Positions 9,909 through 18,311 of a stretch of 44,951 nucleotides of DNA are shown here, piece by piece (the first letter of the stretch is position 1; every line of letters begins with the position of its first letter). The notes beneath the pieces are model-generated. The model ran no database searches. It worked only from the letters and a program-made list of their open reading frames with translations, and was not told the DNA's origin. The stretch is from IMG/VR virus record IMGVR_UViG_3300009095_000004, positions 1-44,951 of that record, one strand, 5' to 3'. A program made the translations under genes and the position numbers. Origin of the DNA: a virus. Its lineage: Duplodnaviria > Caudoviricetes.

Positions 9909-10281
9909 GCCGCCGGCTCCACCACCAGACACCCAGGCCCGTCAGCACCACCGCCACCACGCCGCCGGCCACCCACCCGGCGCCGAAGTCGTTCGTCACC
10001 GGCGCGTGCCCTTCGACCTTCACCAGCCCTTCGGGGATGGGCGGTATCTCGATCGCCGGAAGGCTTGTCGCCACGTGCGTCTGAACGGCGCCCGGCTCGA
10101 CCGCGAGCTTGATCGCTTCCGGCGGAATCTCGGGTGCGTGCACCTCAAGATGAATCGCGCCTTCGGTACAGCCCCACGTGCTCGCAATGAGGCATGCGGC
10201 CATTGACGCGGCCAGCGCAGCGAGGAGGAAGGCGGACCACGCCATCACGTTCCACGCACCTTGCAGCAGCCGGCCGTTCAC
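9901..10281 (-). CDS. Membrane protein with lipoprotein-like N-terminus and C-terminal TM helix (possible spanin)
   Basis: GTGA coupling to the upstream gene; hydrophobic stretch ending TWGC; C-terminal WVAGGVVAVVLTGLGVWWW-SRRH. Confidence 0.45.
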   Translation of the reverse strand: MNGRLLQGAWNVMAWSAFLLAALAASMAACLIASTWGCTEGAIHLEVHAPEIPPEAIKLAVEPGAVQTHVATSLPAIEIPPIPEGLVKVEGHAPVTNDFGAGWVAGGVVAVVLTGLGVWWWSRRHA

Positions 10282-10466
10282 GACTTTGACTCCAATGCTT
10301 CGACCACCACGTTCCCGCGGGGCGTTCCGTCGTTCCGGTGCCCGACCCGACGCTCCCAGGCGGCCCAGCACGCGACGCACATCGCCGTCGCTCCGCCGGT
10401 GTCGGTTTTGACCCTCACGCTGGCCTCAAGCGTCTTGCAGCGGCCGCACATCCGGCGTCGGGCCAT
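10278..10466 (-). CDS. Small Zn-finger protein
   Basis: CGRC...CVAC; GAGG RBS. Confidence 0.45.
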   Translation of the reverse strand: MARRRMCGRCKTLEASVRVKTDTGGATAMCVACWAAWERRVGHRNDGTPRGNVVVEALESKS

Positions 10467-10574
10467 TTACGAAACCTCAAAAACCCGCCGGCGCGGTCCG
10501 TGCGCGCGGCGGGGAGGGTCCTGGCCCGGATGTTCGCCGCGCATCGTGCGGGCACAGTCCGGGCAGGTAGGTAG

Positions 10575-10928
10575 TCACTCATTCGGTGCGGAGTCCTCTT
10601 CGGAACTGGCCGCATCGCTGTCGCCCTGGAGGTGCCCGGTGAACTGACCGGCGACGCCCTTGGCGCGGATCGTGGCCTTGCCCTCGAAGCCGTTGACGAT
10701 CTTGCCTTCGACCACCACCTCGTAACCGGGCTCGATCCCCTGCACGCCGCCCTGAATCGTGCCGGTGCGCGTGCCCAGCTCGACGAGCGACTTCTGGACC
10801 GCCGGCCCGATGATTTCGTCGATCGCCCGATTGCCCAGCCGCTCCATCGGCTCGGTGTTGGGCGCGCAGCCCATCGCCGACAGGCACACCAGCAGCACCA
10901 TCACCAGCACGAATCCGTAAGTCCGCAT
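10575..10928 (-). CDS. Lipoprotein (117 aa)
   Basis: Signal peptide with AMGC lipobox-like site; AAGGAG RBS. Confidence 0.65.
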   Translation of the reverse strand: MRTYGFVLVMVLLVCLSAMGCAPNTEPMERLGNRAIDEIIGPAVQKSLVELGTRTGTIQGGVQGIEPGYEVVVEGKIVNGFEGKATIRAKGVAGQFTGHLQGDSDAASSEEDSAPNE

Positions 10929-10974
10929 GTCGTTCTCCTTTCGTTGAAGGCGGATCAGTCCGCCGTTGTTCGCA

Positions 10975-11099
10975 GAGCAGGCGAGCTCATAAAAAACGAC
11001 AGCAGGGTGGATAGGGCACCCTACTGCCGTCGTTTTCTGGCTCGCGCTTCAGGTCCGCTGGCCGGCGTCCCGGAAGTTGCCTGCTCGGTTTTTATGGGC
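10975..11099 (-). promoter_or_regulatory. Structured intergenic RNA element (terminator-like hairpin with alternative pairings)
   Basis: Long stem AAAACGACGGCAG..GGTG / CACCCTGCTGTCGTTTT ending in a U-run on the minus strand, plus two extra complementary segments. Confidence 0.5.
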
Positions 11100-11265
11100 G
11101 GCTCACCCGCCCTTGCGTATCACGTCCTCGTGTTCCATGAGACACAAACCAGCTAGTCGATCATGGATGATCGCCAACGAATCCCGTTCGTGTGCACCAT
11201 CTCGATCAGGTCATTGATCCAGAGCTGCATCACCATCCGGTGCAGGTCCATCGCCGGAATGTCGA

Positions 11266-11604
11266 TTAACTGAAAAACCATCGGCGCCGCCAGCTCCTGC
11301 GAGCACTGCTTTCGAGCTGCGCAATAGGAATCATGAGGCTGCGGCATCCGGGCGTCCACGCTTTCTCCATCAGCTTGTTGAAACGCGCGACTACGGCCTT
11401 ATCGTCCGTCCGGCCGAATGCGGACTTCCCGAGATACACCTTCCGGTTAAGAATACGAACACCCGTGTCGATGACCTCGACCGATTCGCCTGTGTCACTA
11501 TACGCCGCAACCGCGACTCCCTGTTTTGGGTCGTTCACTACCGTTCTCCTGTGTCCGGGTGACGCATCTCGAACTCGAACGGGCGGACCTTCGATGTTCA
11601 GCAT
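11266..11604 (-). CDS. Hypothetical protein
   Basis: ATG overlaps the TerL stop region; plausible composition. Confidence 0.45.
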   Translation of the reverse strand: MLNIEGPPVRVRDASPGHRRTVVNDPKQGVAVAAYSDTGESVEVIDTGVRILNRKVYLGKSAFGRTDDKAVVARFNKLMEKAWTPGCRSLMIPIAQLESSARRSWRRRWFFS

Positions 11605-13493
11605 GCCCGCACCCGCCGCCTCGACCAGAAATCCAACGCCTGCTTCTGCCGCTGCGCGAGCACCTGATCGCGCCACAGCCGACTGCCAGGAACGATGATC
11701 TTCGCCGTCTGCTGCTGGACGATCCGAACCTCCTTCTCCATCGCGAAGACCGCCAGCGCGTCGGCAATCACCTGGTCGCCGTGGAACTGGTTCTTCCCGC
11801 TCGGATCGTCCGCATCCGCATCCCGCTTGTGCTTCACGCCGTGCGTCGTGTAGATGAACTCACGGCATTCGTTCAACGCATCTTCGGACGGATTGATGAC
11901 CGACTCAGCCGCCAACGCATCCCGATACCGCTCGATCACCTCGAGCTTGTTTTCCGGCGTCGGGTGCCAGCCGGGCGTATCCGTCTCTTTCCGACTCAGG
12001 CTCCGCTCATTCGTCTTGTGGTAGACGTTGCGGTAGCCCAGGTCGATCACCCGCTGACCGAACGACGTACCCGGCCCGCGGACTTCCCAGATCATGTACG
12101 CGCCCTGCTCGTTCAATCCCTCGAGCCATCGGGCGATCGCCACCGCCAGATCGGCGAACTCCGTCGCCATGATCCGGTTGTGAATCAGCTTCAACACCTT
12201 CCGCCGCGTCTTGCAGTCGAACACGCTCAACACGCTGTTCGACGCGCCCGTGCCCGCAGATATGTCGCAGCCCATCACGTACAGCCGATCGTCCGGCAGC
12301 TTGCCCTCGTCGTTGCGATTGGCCCACAGCAGAATCTCGGCGTCCTGCGCCCGATTCCAAAACCCCTCGGGCATCGACCGGCTGCGCTCTTCACCCAGGA
12401 ACCGCCGAAGCGGAACCCGCTCGACCGGCGGCGTCGCGTGCTTGGCAATCAGCCGATCCAGCACCGACGAATCGAACACCCGGGTATTCGACCCGCCATA
12501 GTCGATGTCGAGCTCACGCGCCAGATACTGCGGGCTCGGGCTGCGCTTCTCCTCCTCGTCGTAGTACGGGCTCCGCAGCTTGCCATCGAGGATGAACGGG
12601 TAGTCCGCCGGGAACGGGTACCCCTCGTCCAGAATCTTGAGATTGCCCTTCTCTGTCGTGTACAGCCCGCGCGACTGCTCCGGGTGTTCCGACCAGTGAA
12701 ACCGCAGCTTCAACAGGCTCGGATTGTTGTGCATCATATCGTAGTACGCGCCGCTGTCACCCTTGGGCGTACTCACGAAAATGCGGGTCCGGGTGTTGTA
12801 CTGCGTCGAGCTCAGCGCCTCGTAGCCGTCCGCGTACTGGAACGCCGCGAACTCGTCGATCAGGATGGCCGTGTTTCGCCCACCACGACCCGCGTCGCCC
12901 GTCGTCGATGAGCCGGTGATCACACTGCCGTTGTCGTCGTTCGACAGCTTAAGCCGCGTCCGCGTGTACCGCCGCGGCCTCAGGAAACCCGGCAGACGGC
13001 TCAGCATGAAATCCAGCTTCACCATCAACGCCTTGCGGTTCTCGGTCGAATCGACCTCCTCCTCCTTGCGCGACATGATCATGTAGTCGCCCATCGGGAA
13101 GAAGAGCCACCGCCACAGGAACAGGGCCAGGAACAGCCAGCTCGCCCCCATGTCCCGCGACTTCTCCACCCCGATGTCGGTCTTGCCGAATCGCTCGAGG
13201 CTCAGGAGGATCGCGCGGTCCTGATACGGATATGTGTTGAACGGACGAACCTCCGGCGGCTCCGTCCGAGGCTCGTACAAAAGCACAAACGAGTTGAGAA
13301 AGAACAGGGGATCGCGCTTACACATCGTCCGCAGCAGATTCGCCGCTGCTGCCGACCGCGACCCCATCCGAATCAAGTCGATCCGCCACTGAGCGTTCTC
13401 CTTCCACCCCTTCGGAACCAGGTGGTAGAACGGCGCCCTCGGATCGCAATGCGACAAAGTGCTTGATGATGTCTTCAACGCTCTGGCCGTCAT
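11598..13493 (-). CDS. terL: Terminase large subunit (631 aa)
   Basis: Walker A variant VEKSRDMGASW, Walker B ILIDEFA, STPKG coupling motif, RNase H-like VMGCDIS and HGDQVIADAL. Confidence 0.92.
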   Translation of the reverse strand: MTARALKTSSSTLSHCDPRAPFYHLVPKGWKENAQWRIDLIRMGSRSAAAANLLRTMCKRDPLFFLNSFVLLYEPRTEPPEVRPFNTYPYQDRAILLSLERFGKTDIGVEKSRDMGASWLFLALFLWRWLFFPMGDYMIMSRKEEEVDSTENRKALMVKLDFMLSRLPGFLRPRRYTRTRLKLSNDDNGSVITGSSTTGDAGRGGRNTAILIDEFAAFQYADGYEALSSTQYNTRTRIFVSTPKGDSGAYYDMMHNNPSLLKLRFHWSEHPEQSRGLYTTEKGNLKILDEGYPFPADYPFILDGKLRSPYYDEEEKRSPSPQYLARELDIDYGGSNTRVFDSSVLDRLIAKHATPPVERVPLRRFLGEERSRSMPEGFWNRAQDAEILLWANRNDEGKLPDDRLYVMGCDISAGTGASNSVLSVFDCKTRRKVLKLIHNRIMATEFADLAVAIARWLEGLNEQGAYMIWEVRGPGTSFGQRVIDLGYRNVYHKTNERSLSRKETDTPGWHPTPENKLEVIERYRDALAAESVINPSEDALNECREFIYTTHGVKHKRDADADDPSGKNQFHGDQVIADALAVFAMEKEVRIVQQQTAKIIVPGSRLWRDQVLAQRQKQALDFWSRRRVRAC

Positions 13494-14031
13494 CCGTCAG
13501 GCCGTCTCCCGCGCTCGCCGCCGATTCACTCCGCGCCGCCCGGGCATACACGTCCTTGTAGAACTCGCTGCGGTTCGCCCGCGCCCACTGGAGCAGGCCC
13601 ACCGCCGCCGCACTCGGCACCGTCGTCGGATCAATGTCCTCCGGGTCCTTCAGCAGGACGCTGGCGACCCACTCCCGATCCGTCGCCTTCGTGCAGCGCT
13701 TGTCCCCAGCCGCCGCCACCAGCCGCAACCAGACGTCCGGGAGCCCCGCGGCCGGAACACCGGACGCCGTAGGCTCCTCCTCGACCACCTGAACCGCAGC
13801 AGAATCCGCCGCCTTGTCGAAATCGAATCGCTCGGGCTTGCCGGCCAGCACCCACGCGGAAACCGCCTTGTCCGCCAGCCGAAAAGCCTCCAGCACCGAA
13901 CAACGCCGCGTACGCTTGAACCGATCCCGCGTCTGAACGAACACCGGGCGGGTAGCCGCAGAGTTCCACTTGCGGAAAATCGCCTTCTTCTCCGCAACCT
14001 GTTCCTCGGTCAGCTTCTCGCGACCCGCCAT
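13318..14031 (-). CDS. Putative terminase small subunit (237 aa)
   Basis: Directly upstream of terL and overlapping it by 176 nt; 'PSAAAVGLLQWA..N..EFYK' helical motif. Confidence 0.55.
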   Translation of the reverse strand: MAGREKLTEEQVAEKKAIFRKWNSAATRPVFVQTRDRFKRTRRCSVLEAFRLADKAVSAWVLAGKPERFDFDKAADSAAVQVVEEEPTASGVPAAGLPDVWLRLVAAAGDKRCTKATDREWVASVLLKDPEDIDPTTVPSAAAVGLLQWARANRSEFYKDVYARAARSESAASAGDGLTDDGQSVEDIIKHFVALRSEGAVLPPGSEGVEGERSVADRLDSDGVAVGSSGESAADDV

Positions 14032-14296
14032 CCAGCATGAACCCTCGGGTGATATAAGATGAGCTTCACCTAAGTGTGAACCACGTTCCGGTATAAGTCA
14101 AGCTAATTTACCCAAAATCTGGGAATATTGCCCAGAAGTGGGTGAAACGGTGTTGCGCCCTACGCGCGAACGGAATTGCGGGGGCTACACCCGGCATGGC
14201 GGCGTGCTACATCGCGTGTAGCACGGCGTACGGAATTGACTTGCGGAATCCCGTTCGTTCCGTACGTCGACGTGGGGAATGGGGCAAACCACAGCA

Positions 14297-14346
14297 AAAC
14301 CGGATAAAACCGGACAAAACCGGATCAAACCGGATCAAACCGGACC
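14297..14346. repeat. Five tandem 10-bp units (AAACCGGAnn)
   Basis: AAACCGGA begins at 14297, 14307, 14317, 14327 and 14337. Confidence 0.9.
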
Positions 14347-14366
14347 GGCGCCGACACAGCTCGATT

Positions 14367-14639
14367 CTACCCCTCAATGTGGATCAGGCGGATGTGGGTA
14401 ATGTCCTTCCCGAAAACCGGGATCGCACGACCCAAAGCCGACGCCGGAAAAAATCTGACCGGACTCGGGCCCGAGTAGTCACCGCCCAAGGCAACGACCG
14501 CCATCGCCAACTCCTGATCCGGCGGAACGATCACCCAAGGAAGCCCGGACGCCTCATTGCACTCGACCATCAACGGCCGAGGCCCACGCGTCAGAAACAC
14601 GTCCATCCACCTCGTAGTCGGAACAAAAGACGTCGCCAT
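14367..14639 (-). CDS. Hypothetical protein (90 aa)
   Basis: GAGGTG RBS before MATSFVP. Confidence 0.45.
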   Translation of the reverse strand: MATSFVPTTRWMDVFLTRGPRPLMVECNEASGLPWVIVPPDQELAMAVVALGGDYSGPSPVRFFPASALGRAIPVFGKDITHIRLIHIEG

Positions 14640-14939
14640 ACACACCACCTCATCCCGGCGCCGGAGGGACCCAATCAATACCCGAAAGACCACGGAGGGA
14701 CCCATACAAACACAGCCCGGAGGGACCCATTCCACGAAACCATACGACACCGCAATCCAAACGCAAAATTCGAAAAGCGTTGGGAAGGGGTTAACTCGTG
14801 GGGACCCAGGGCTCGAGGGGTGGGGGTCGGGGCAAAAAAGGTCGAACCCCCCCCTGCTCGACCTACTGTAACCCCCGTTCCCACTTAGTTTTAAGGCCGT
14901 AATAGCGGTACTAAGGGTGACGCATTGCACCAAAGAGCC

Positions 14940-14975
14940 GCTTCAATGGGGCCGCCCTGGGTGCAGCACGGAAAG
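14940..14975 (-). CRISPR. Solitary CRISPR repeat-like unit, type I-G (I-U) style
   Basis: Minus strand reads CTTTCCGTGCTGCACCCAGGGCGGCCCCATTGAAGC: 36 nt, internal stem, 3' CCCCATTGAAGC end. Confidence 0.7.
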
Positions 14976-15148
14976 GAAAGCCGAAACCCGCGCGAGGCCC
15001 GGCAAGCGCGGCAGGTTATCCGGATGGCTTCCGGCCGGATGGCTTCATAGCTTCACCGCCGACAGCACTACATAACTTACTTGGCGTGACTGTGATTGAC
15101 GCCGCCGGGTAAGTTATCCGGCTTGGCGACTGCCTTTGACGGCCGGCG

Positions 15149-15190
15149 GTTGTTGTTGTTGTTGTTGTTGTTGGTGGTGGTGGTGTGTGT
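15149..15190. repeat. Microsatellite (GTT)8(GGT)4(GT)3
   Basis: Read directly from the sequence. Confidence 0.95.
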
Positions 15191-15264
15191 TAGGCGGTTG
15201 CGCTGTGACCGTCTTGCATTGGGGAGCGTTTGTTGCGCTGGCGCTTGTTGCGCTGGCGCTCCAT
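15190..15264 (-). CDS. Possible leaderless 24-aa Arg-rich peptide MERQRNKRQRNKRSPMQDGHSATA
   Basis: ATG lies 6 nt after the predicted -10 box; contains a 15-bp tandem duplication. Confidence 0.3.
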   Translation of the reverse strand: MERQRNKRQRNKRSPMQDGHSATA

Positions 15265-15270
15265 ACTCGG

Positions 15271-15299
15271 ATTGTCAAGCCCCCCCCCCTTGCTGTCAA
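15271..15299 (-). promoter_or_regulatory. Leftward sigma70-type promoter
   Basis: TTGACA (15299-15294), 17-nt spacer, GACAAT (15276-15271). Confidence 0.65.
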
Positions 15300-15317
15300 G
15301 CGGAAAACGCGGTTGCC

Positions 15318-15378
15318 AAAAAAATCCGAAAAAAATCTGCAAAAAAAACTTGACTGCGTGTGTTTCTTGATGTAAATG
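15318..15378 (+). promoter_or_regulatory. Rightward promoter for the early arm with phased A-tracts (UP-like)
   Basis: Three A-tracts, TTGACT at 15350-15355, weak -10 (TGTAAAT). Confidence 0.45.
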
Positions 15379-15472
15379 GAACATTAGCTGTACCAGCGAG
15401 CGAGACTGCCTACAGCCGGATGGTGCGGAGCGGTTCCGGCCATCCTTCGCCTCTCGCCGGAGTTCCCCGGCA

Positions 15473-16594
15473 ATGTCACGCACGGAACTGATTTCAGAAT
15501 GCTCGCGCCGATTCGGCAAGCGGGCATGGCTCGGCGCCACCAATGCCGAGCTCGAGGAGTGTTTGGCGACTGGCCATGTGCCGGCCGCGTGGGCTTCCGG
15601 CCGGCCGTCGGCCGCCTCGGCAGCAATGGCCGGCAGCTCGCCTGTAGCCGCGCCAACTAACTTGCTTCCCGGCATGGAATCGTCAGCGGCGCCCACAGCG
15701 GCGCCCACGTCGCCGCGGCCCGATTCGCTGGCCGACGCGATCGCCAGCGCGCTGCAAGGGCGCATCACTGCCGGCGTCGACGCTGACCAGGTGCGAGCGA
15801 TCGCCCGTGAGGTGTTCGCGGAGGAAATGGGCTTGCCGCGGCCGATCGAGGTGAGACTGCCGGACGGCGCCGGCGTAAACGTCGGCGTGCAGCATCGGCA
15901 ATTTCCCGAAGTGCTTACAACGCTGACCGCATGCGGGCAGGTGTGGTTGGCCGGCCCGGCCGGCTCCGGCAAGACGACGATCGCCGAAGCCTGCGCGAAG
16001 GCGCTTGGCTTGCCGTTCCACTTCAACGGCGCCATCGATTCCCCGTACAAGTTGTCTGGCTTCATTGACGCGCAGGGCCGCATCATCCGTCCAGCATTCC
16101 GTGAAGCCTACGAACACGGCGGGGTCTATCTGTTTGATGAAGTCGATGCATCGTTACCGGCGGCCGTGCTCGCATTCAACGCAGCGATGGCGAACGGCAA
16201 ATATGACTTCCCCGACGGCACCGTAAACCGTCACAAAGACTTCTATTGCATCGCGGCCGCCAACACTTTCGGTTTGGGCGGGACCGACGATTACGTAGGA
16301 CGCATGAAGCAAGACGCGGCATTCCTCGACCGTTTCCCGTCGATTCTCCTCGACTACGACGAAGAGCTTGAGCTCGCAATTGCCGGCAACCCTGATTGGG
16401 TAACTTACGTCCAGGCCTGCCGCCGGGCAGCCAAGGCGCGCGGTCTGCGCGTCGTCATTTCGCCGCGCGCGTCGATCTTCGGCGCCAAGTTGCTTGCCGC
16501 CGGCATGCCGCGCGAGCGCGTCGCTGAGCTCACCATCCGCAAGGGAATGTCGGCCGATCATTGGCAGACCATTCAAAACGAGGTAGCCGCATGA
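15473..16594 (+). CDS. MoxR/CobS-like AAA+ ATPase (373 aa)
   Basis: Walker A GPAGSGKT, Walker B YLFDEVD, AAANTFG, DAAFLDRF, ISPRA sensor. Confidence 0.85.
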   Translation: MSRTELISECSRRFGKRAWLGATNAELEECLATGHVPAAWASGRPSAASAAMAGSSPVAAPTNLLPGMESSAAPTAAPTSPRPDSLADAIASALQGRITAGVDADQVRAIAREVFAEEMGLPRPIEVRLPDGAGVNVGVQHRQFPEVLTTLTACGQVWLAGPAGSGKTTIAEACAKALGLPFHFNGAIDSPYKLSGFIDAQGRIIRPAFREAYEHGGVYLFDEVDASLPAAVLAFNAAMANGKYDFPDGTVNRHKDFYCIAAANTFGLGGTDDYVGRMKQDAAFLDRFPSILLDYDEELELAIAGNPDWVTYVQACRRAAKARGLRVVISPRASIFGAKLLAAGMPRERVAELTIRKGMSADHWQTIQNEVAA

Positions 16595-17385
16595 AACGCT
16601 GGGATTTTGACTCACTGGCCGACTTCGTCCGCGCGTGCCACGCGCTGCCCGACGACATCAAGCGCAGATTCTCCGACGAAAGCTGGACGGGCGAGACGTT
16701 CGAGGAAAGCCTGCGGCTTGCCTCATCCGGCGGGACAGAGGCGAACGTGCCGGCGGCCGAAGCGATGCTGTCGCAGATTCACGCGAGCCTGCCCGAAACG
16801 TCCGCGCGACGCTGGGCGCTCGATTATGCGGGCGCTTTCCCCTGCGTGCCGGCCTACTTGGCCGGTCAGCCGGAAAACATGTGGGCCGCGGCCGACATGC
16901 CGACCGACACCAACCCCGTACGGATTTTCGTTTGCTCAACGTCGAGCGCGGGCGTGTCCCATCACGACCTTCAAAGGCGCGGTTGCGCCGCGCTCGCGCT
17001 GGTAATGCTGGCGAGTCGGACCCGGCCGGTTGAGCTGTACAGCTACGCCCACGTCGCGGAAACAGGACGCGGCGTCGGTGACGCGGCGATCGTCCAGCGC
17101 CTGCAGTCTCATCCTCTCATGCTGTCCGAAGTCGCCTATGTACTAACGTCGGCCGGCTGGGCGAGGAATCTAACTTATGCGGTCCTCGCCCACCGCGGCG
17201 CCTCTCTGCATTGGGGCGGGGCGGCCAAACGCGACGGCTACCAGGCCGGGCCGGCGACGCGTAGCTTACTTGGCCTCGAGCCACAGGACGTGTTGATCGG
17301 CCCCGCTCATCTGTACGATCCCGCAGTCTCTGATCCAGTCGGCTTCGTTCACCGGGAATTGGCCCGGCTGAACCTGACAACCTGA
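16591..17385 (+). CDS. VWA-like partner of the AAA+ ATPase (degenerate MIDAS)
   Basis: ATGA-coupled to the ATPase; 'GAFPCVPAYLAGQPENM' and 'VRIFVCSTSSAGVS...RG' resemble phage CobT/VWA-like partners. Confidence 0.6.
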   Translation: MKRWDFDSLADFVRACHALPDDIKRRFSDESWTGETFEESLRLASSGGTEANVPAAEAMLSQIHASLPETSARRWALDYAGAFPCVPAYLAGQPENMWAAADMPTDTNPVRIFVCSTSSAGVSHHDLQRRGCAALALVMLASRTRPVELYSYAHVAETGRGVGDAAIVQRLQSHPLMLSEVAYVLTSAGWARNLTYAVLAHRGASLHWGGAAKRDGYQAGPATRSLLGLEPQDVLIGPAHLYDPAVSDPVGFVHRELARLNLTT

Positions 17386-17476
17386 AAGTGGAACAGTAGA
17401 CGCGCCACGTTCCCGACCGTCTCGCGAGACGGGAGGGAGTTTGACGCGATTTCGAAAAAAAAACTCTAGTTTTTTC

Positions 17477-17504
17477 TTGACACGTGCCGAAACTGTGGTA
17501 TAGT
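17477..17504 (+). promoter_or_regulatory. Strong sigma70-type promoter
   Basis: TTGACA, 16-nt spacer, TATAGT with TGn extension and upstream A/T tracts. Confidence 0.75.
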
Positions 17505-17633
17505 TGGTGCGTCGGCCTTACCAGTCGACGAAAAAAATTGCCCCGGCAACGTGAGCGAGACGTTCCGGGGCGCGGCCCGCGGGAGCGGTTCCCGCCGGCG
17601 CCGAAATCCTATCTCGCTCGGAGACTCCGAGCA

Positions 17634-17816
17634 ATGACAACCCCAGACAAAATCGAGAATGCCCGCAGGGCGCGCATACAGGCCATTAGAGCGGCGATCG
17701 CCGCCGGCACGTACGAGACGCCGGAAAAGATCGATCGAGCCGTAGATGGGCTGATTCTGGACCTTCTGGACGAAACGCCGTCCGGCTGGGAGGTGATCGA
17801 TCCCGCCGGCGACTGA
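17634..17816 (+). CDS. flgM: FlgM-like anti-sigma28 factor, C-terminal domain only (60 aa)
   Basis: 'RRARIQAIRAAIAAGTYETPEKIDRAVDGLILDL' matches the FlgM sigma-binding segment (R..rV..Ir..Ia.GtY). Confidence 0.75.
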   Translation: MTTPDKIENARRARIQAIRAAIAAGTYETPEKIDRAVDGLILDLLDETPSGWEVIDPAGD

Positions 17817-17887
17817 GCCCCTAGGCGAGCCGGCCGTGGCCGGCCAGCCTCGCGGCTCGCGTGAGCCCGGAACACAAGGAGATAGCT

Positions 17888-18229
17888 ATGCGATGGAACA
17901 TTTCAGAAGTCGAAAACGCGGCGGAAGGTCGGGAAAACTACATCGGCGAGGTCGAGGCCGACACCGAGGAAATGGCGCTCTACGAGGCGTCGCACCGATT
18001 CGATTGGGATCGGCGGCGGTGCCACCTGGTCGCATGGCCGCAGACCATCGAGATTGACGGCCACACCATCCAGATTGACCGGAGCGGCCAGGGGCATTGC
18101 TGGGTCGATGCGGACGCGGACAGCTGCCCGCCGCACATCCAGCAGGAAATCGCCGAGCAAATCATCGACGCCAAACGTGAATCCGGCGAGCACATCGCCT
18201 CGAACGGTCTGCGTTATCGCTGGTCCTGA
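17888..18229 (+). CDS. Hypothetical acidic protein
   Basis: AAGGAG RBS before MRWNISEV. Confidence 0.6.
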   Translation: MRWNISEVENAAEGRENYIGEVEADTEEMALYEASHRFDWDRRRCHLVAWPQTIEIDGHTIQIDRSGQGHCWVDADADSCPPHIQQEIAEQIIDAKRESGEHIASNGLRYRWS

Positions 18230-18311
18230 GCACGCCCCGCGCCCGACCGCTCCACGGAGCGGGAGGGCCTGGAGCGTTGGGCTTCGGGAGCCCACAGAAT
18301 GAGGTGAACAC

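Noticed and set aside
7290-10112. Long plus-strand ORFs (e.g. 940 aa here, 641 aa at 3466, 746 aa at 36011)
   Set aside because: Antisense shadows of real minus-strand genes in high-GC DNA; Arg/His-rich with no motifs
14297-14346. Second CRISPR array
   Set aside because: 10-bp tandem units with no spacers
15114-15375. Poly-Q, poly-C or poly-L proteins over the microsatellite
   Set aside because: Translations of the simple repeat that overlap promoter elements and lack an RBS
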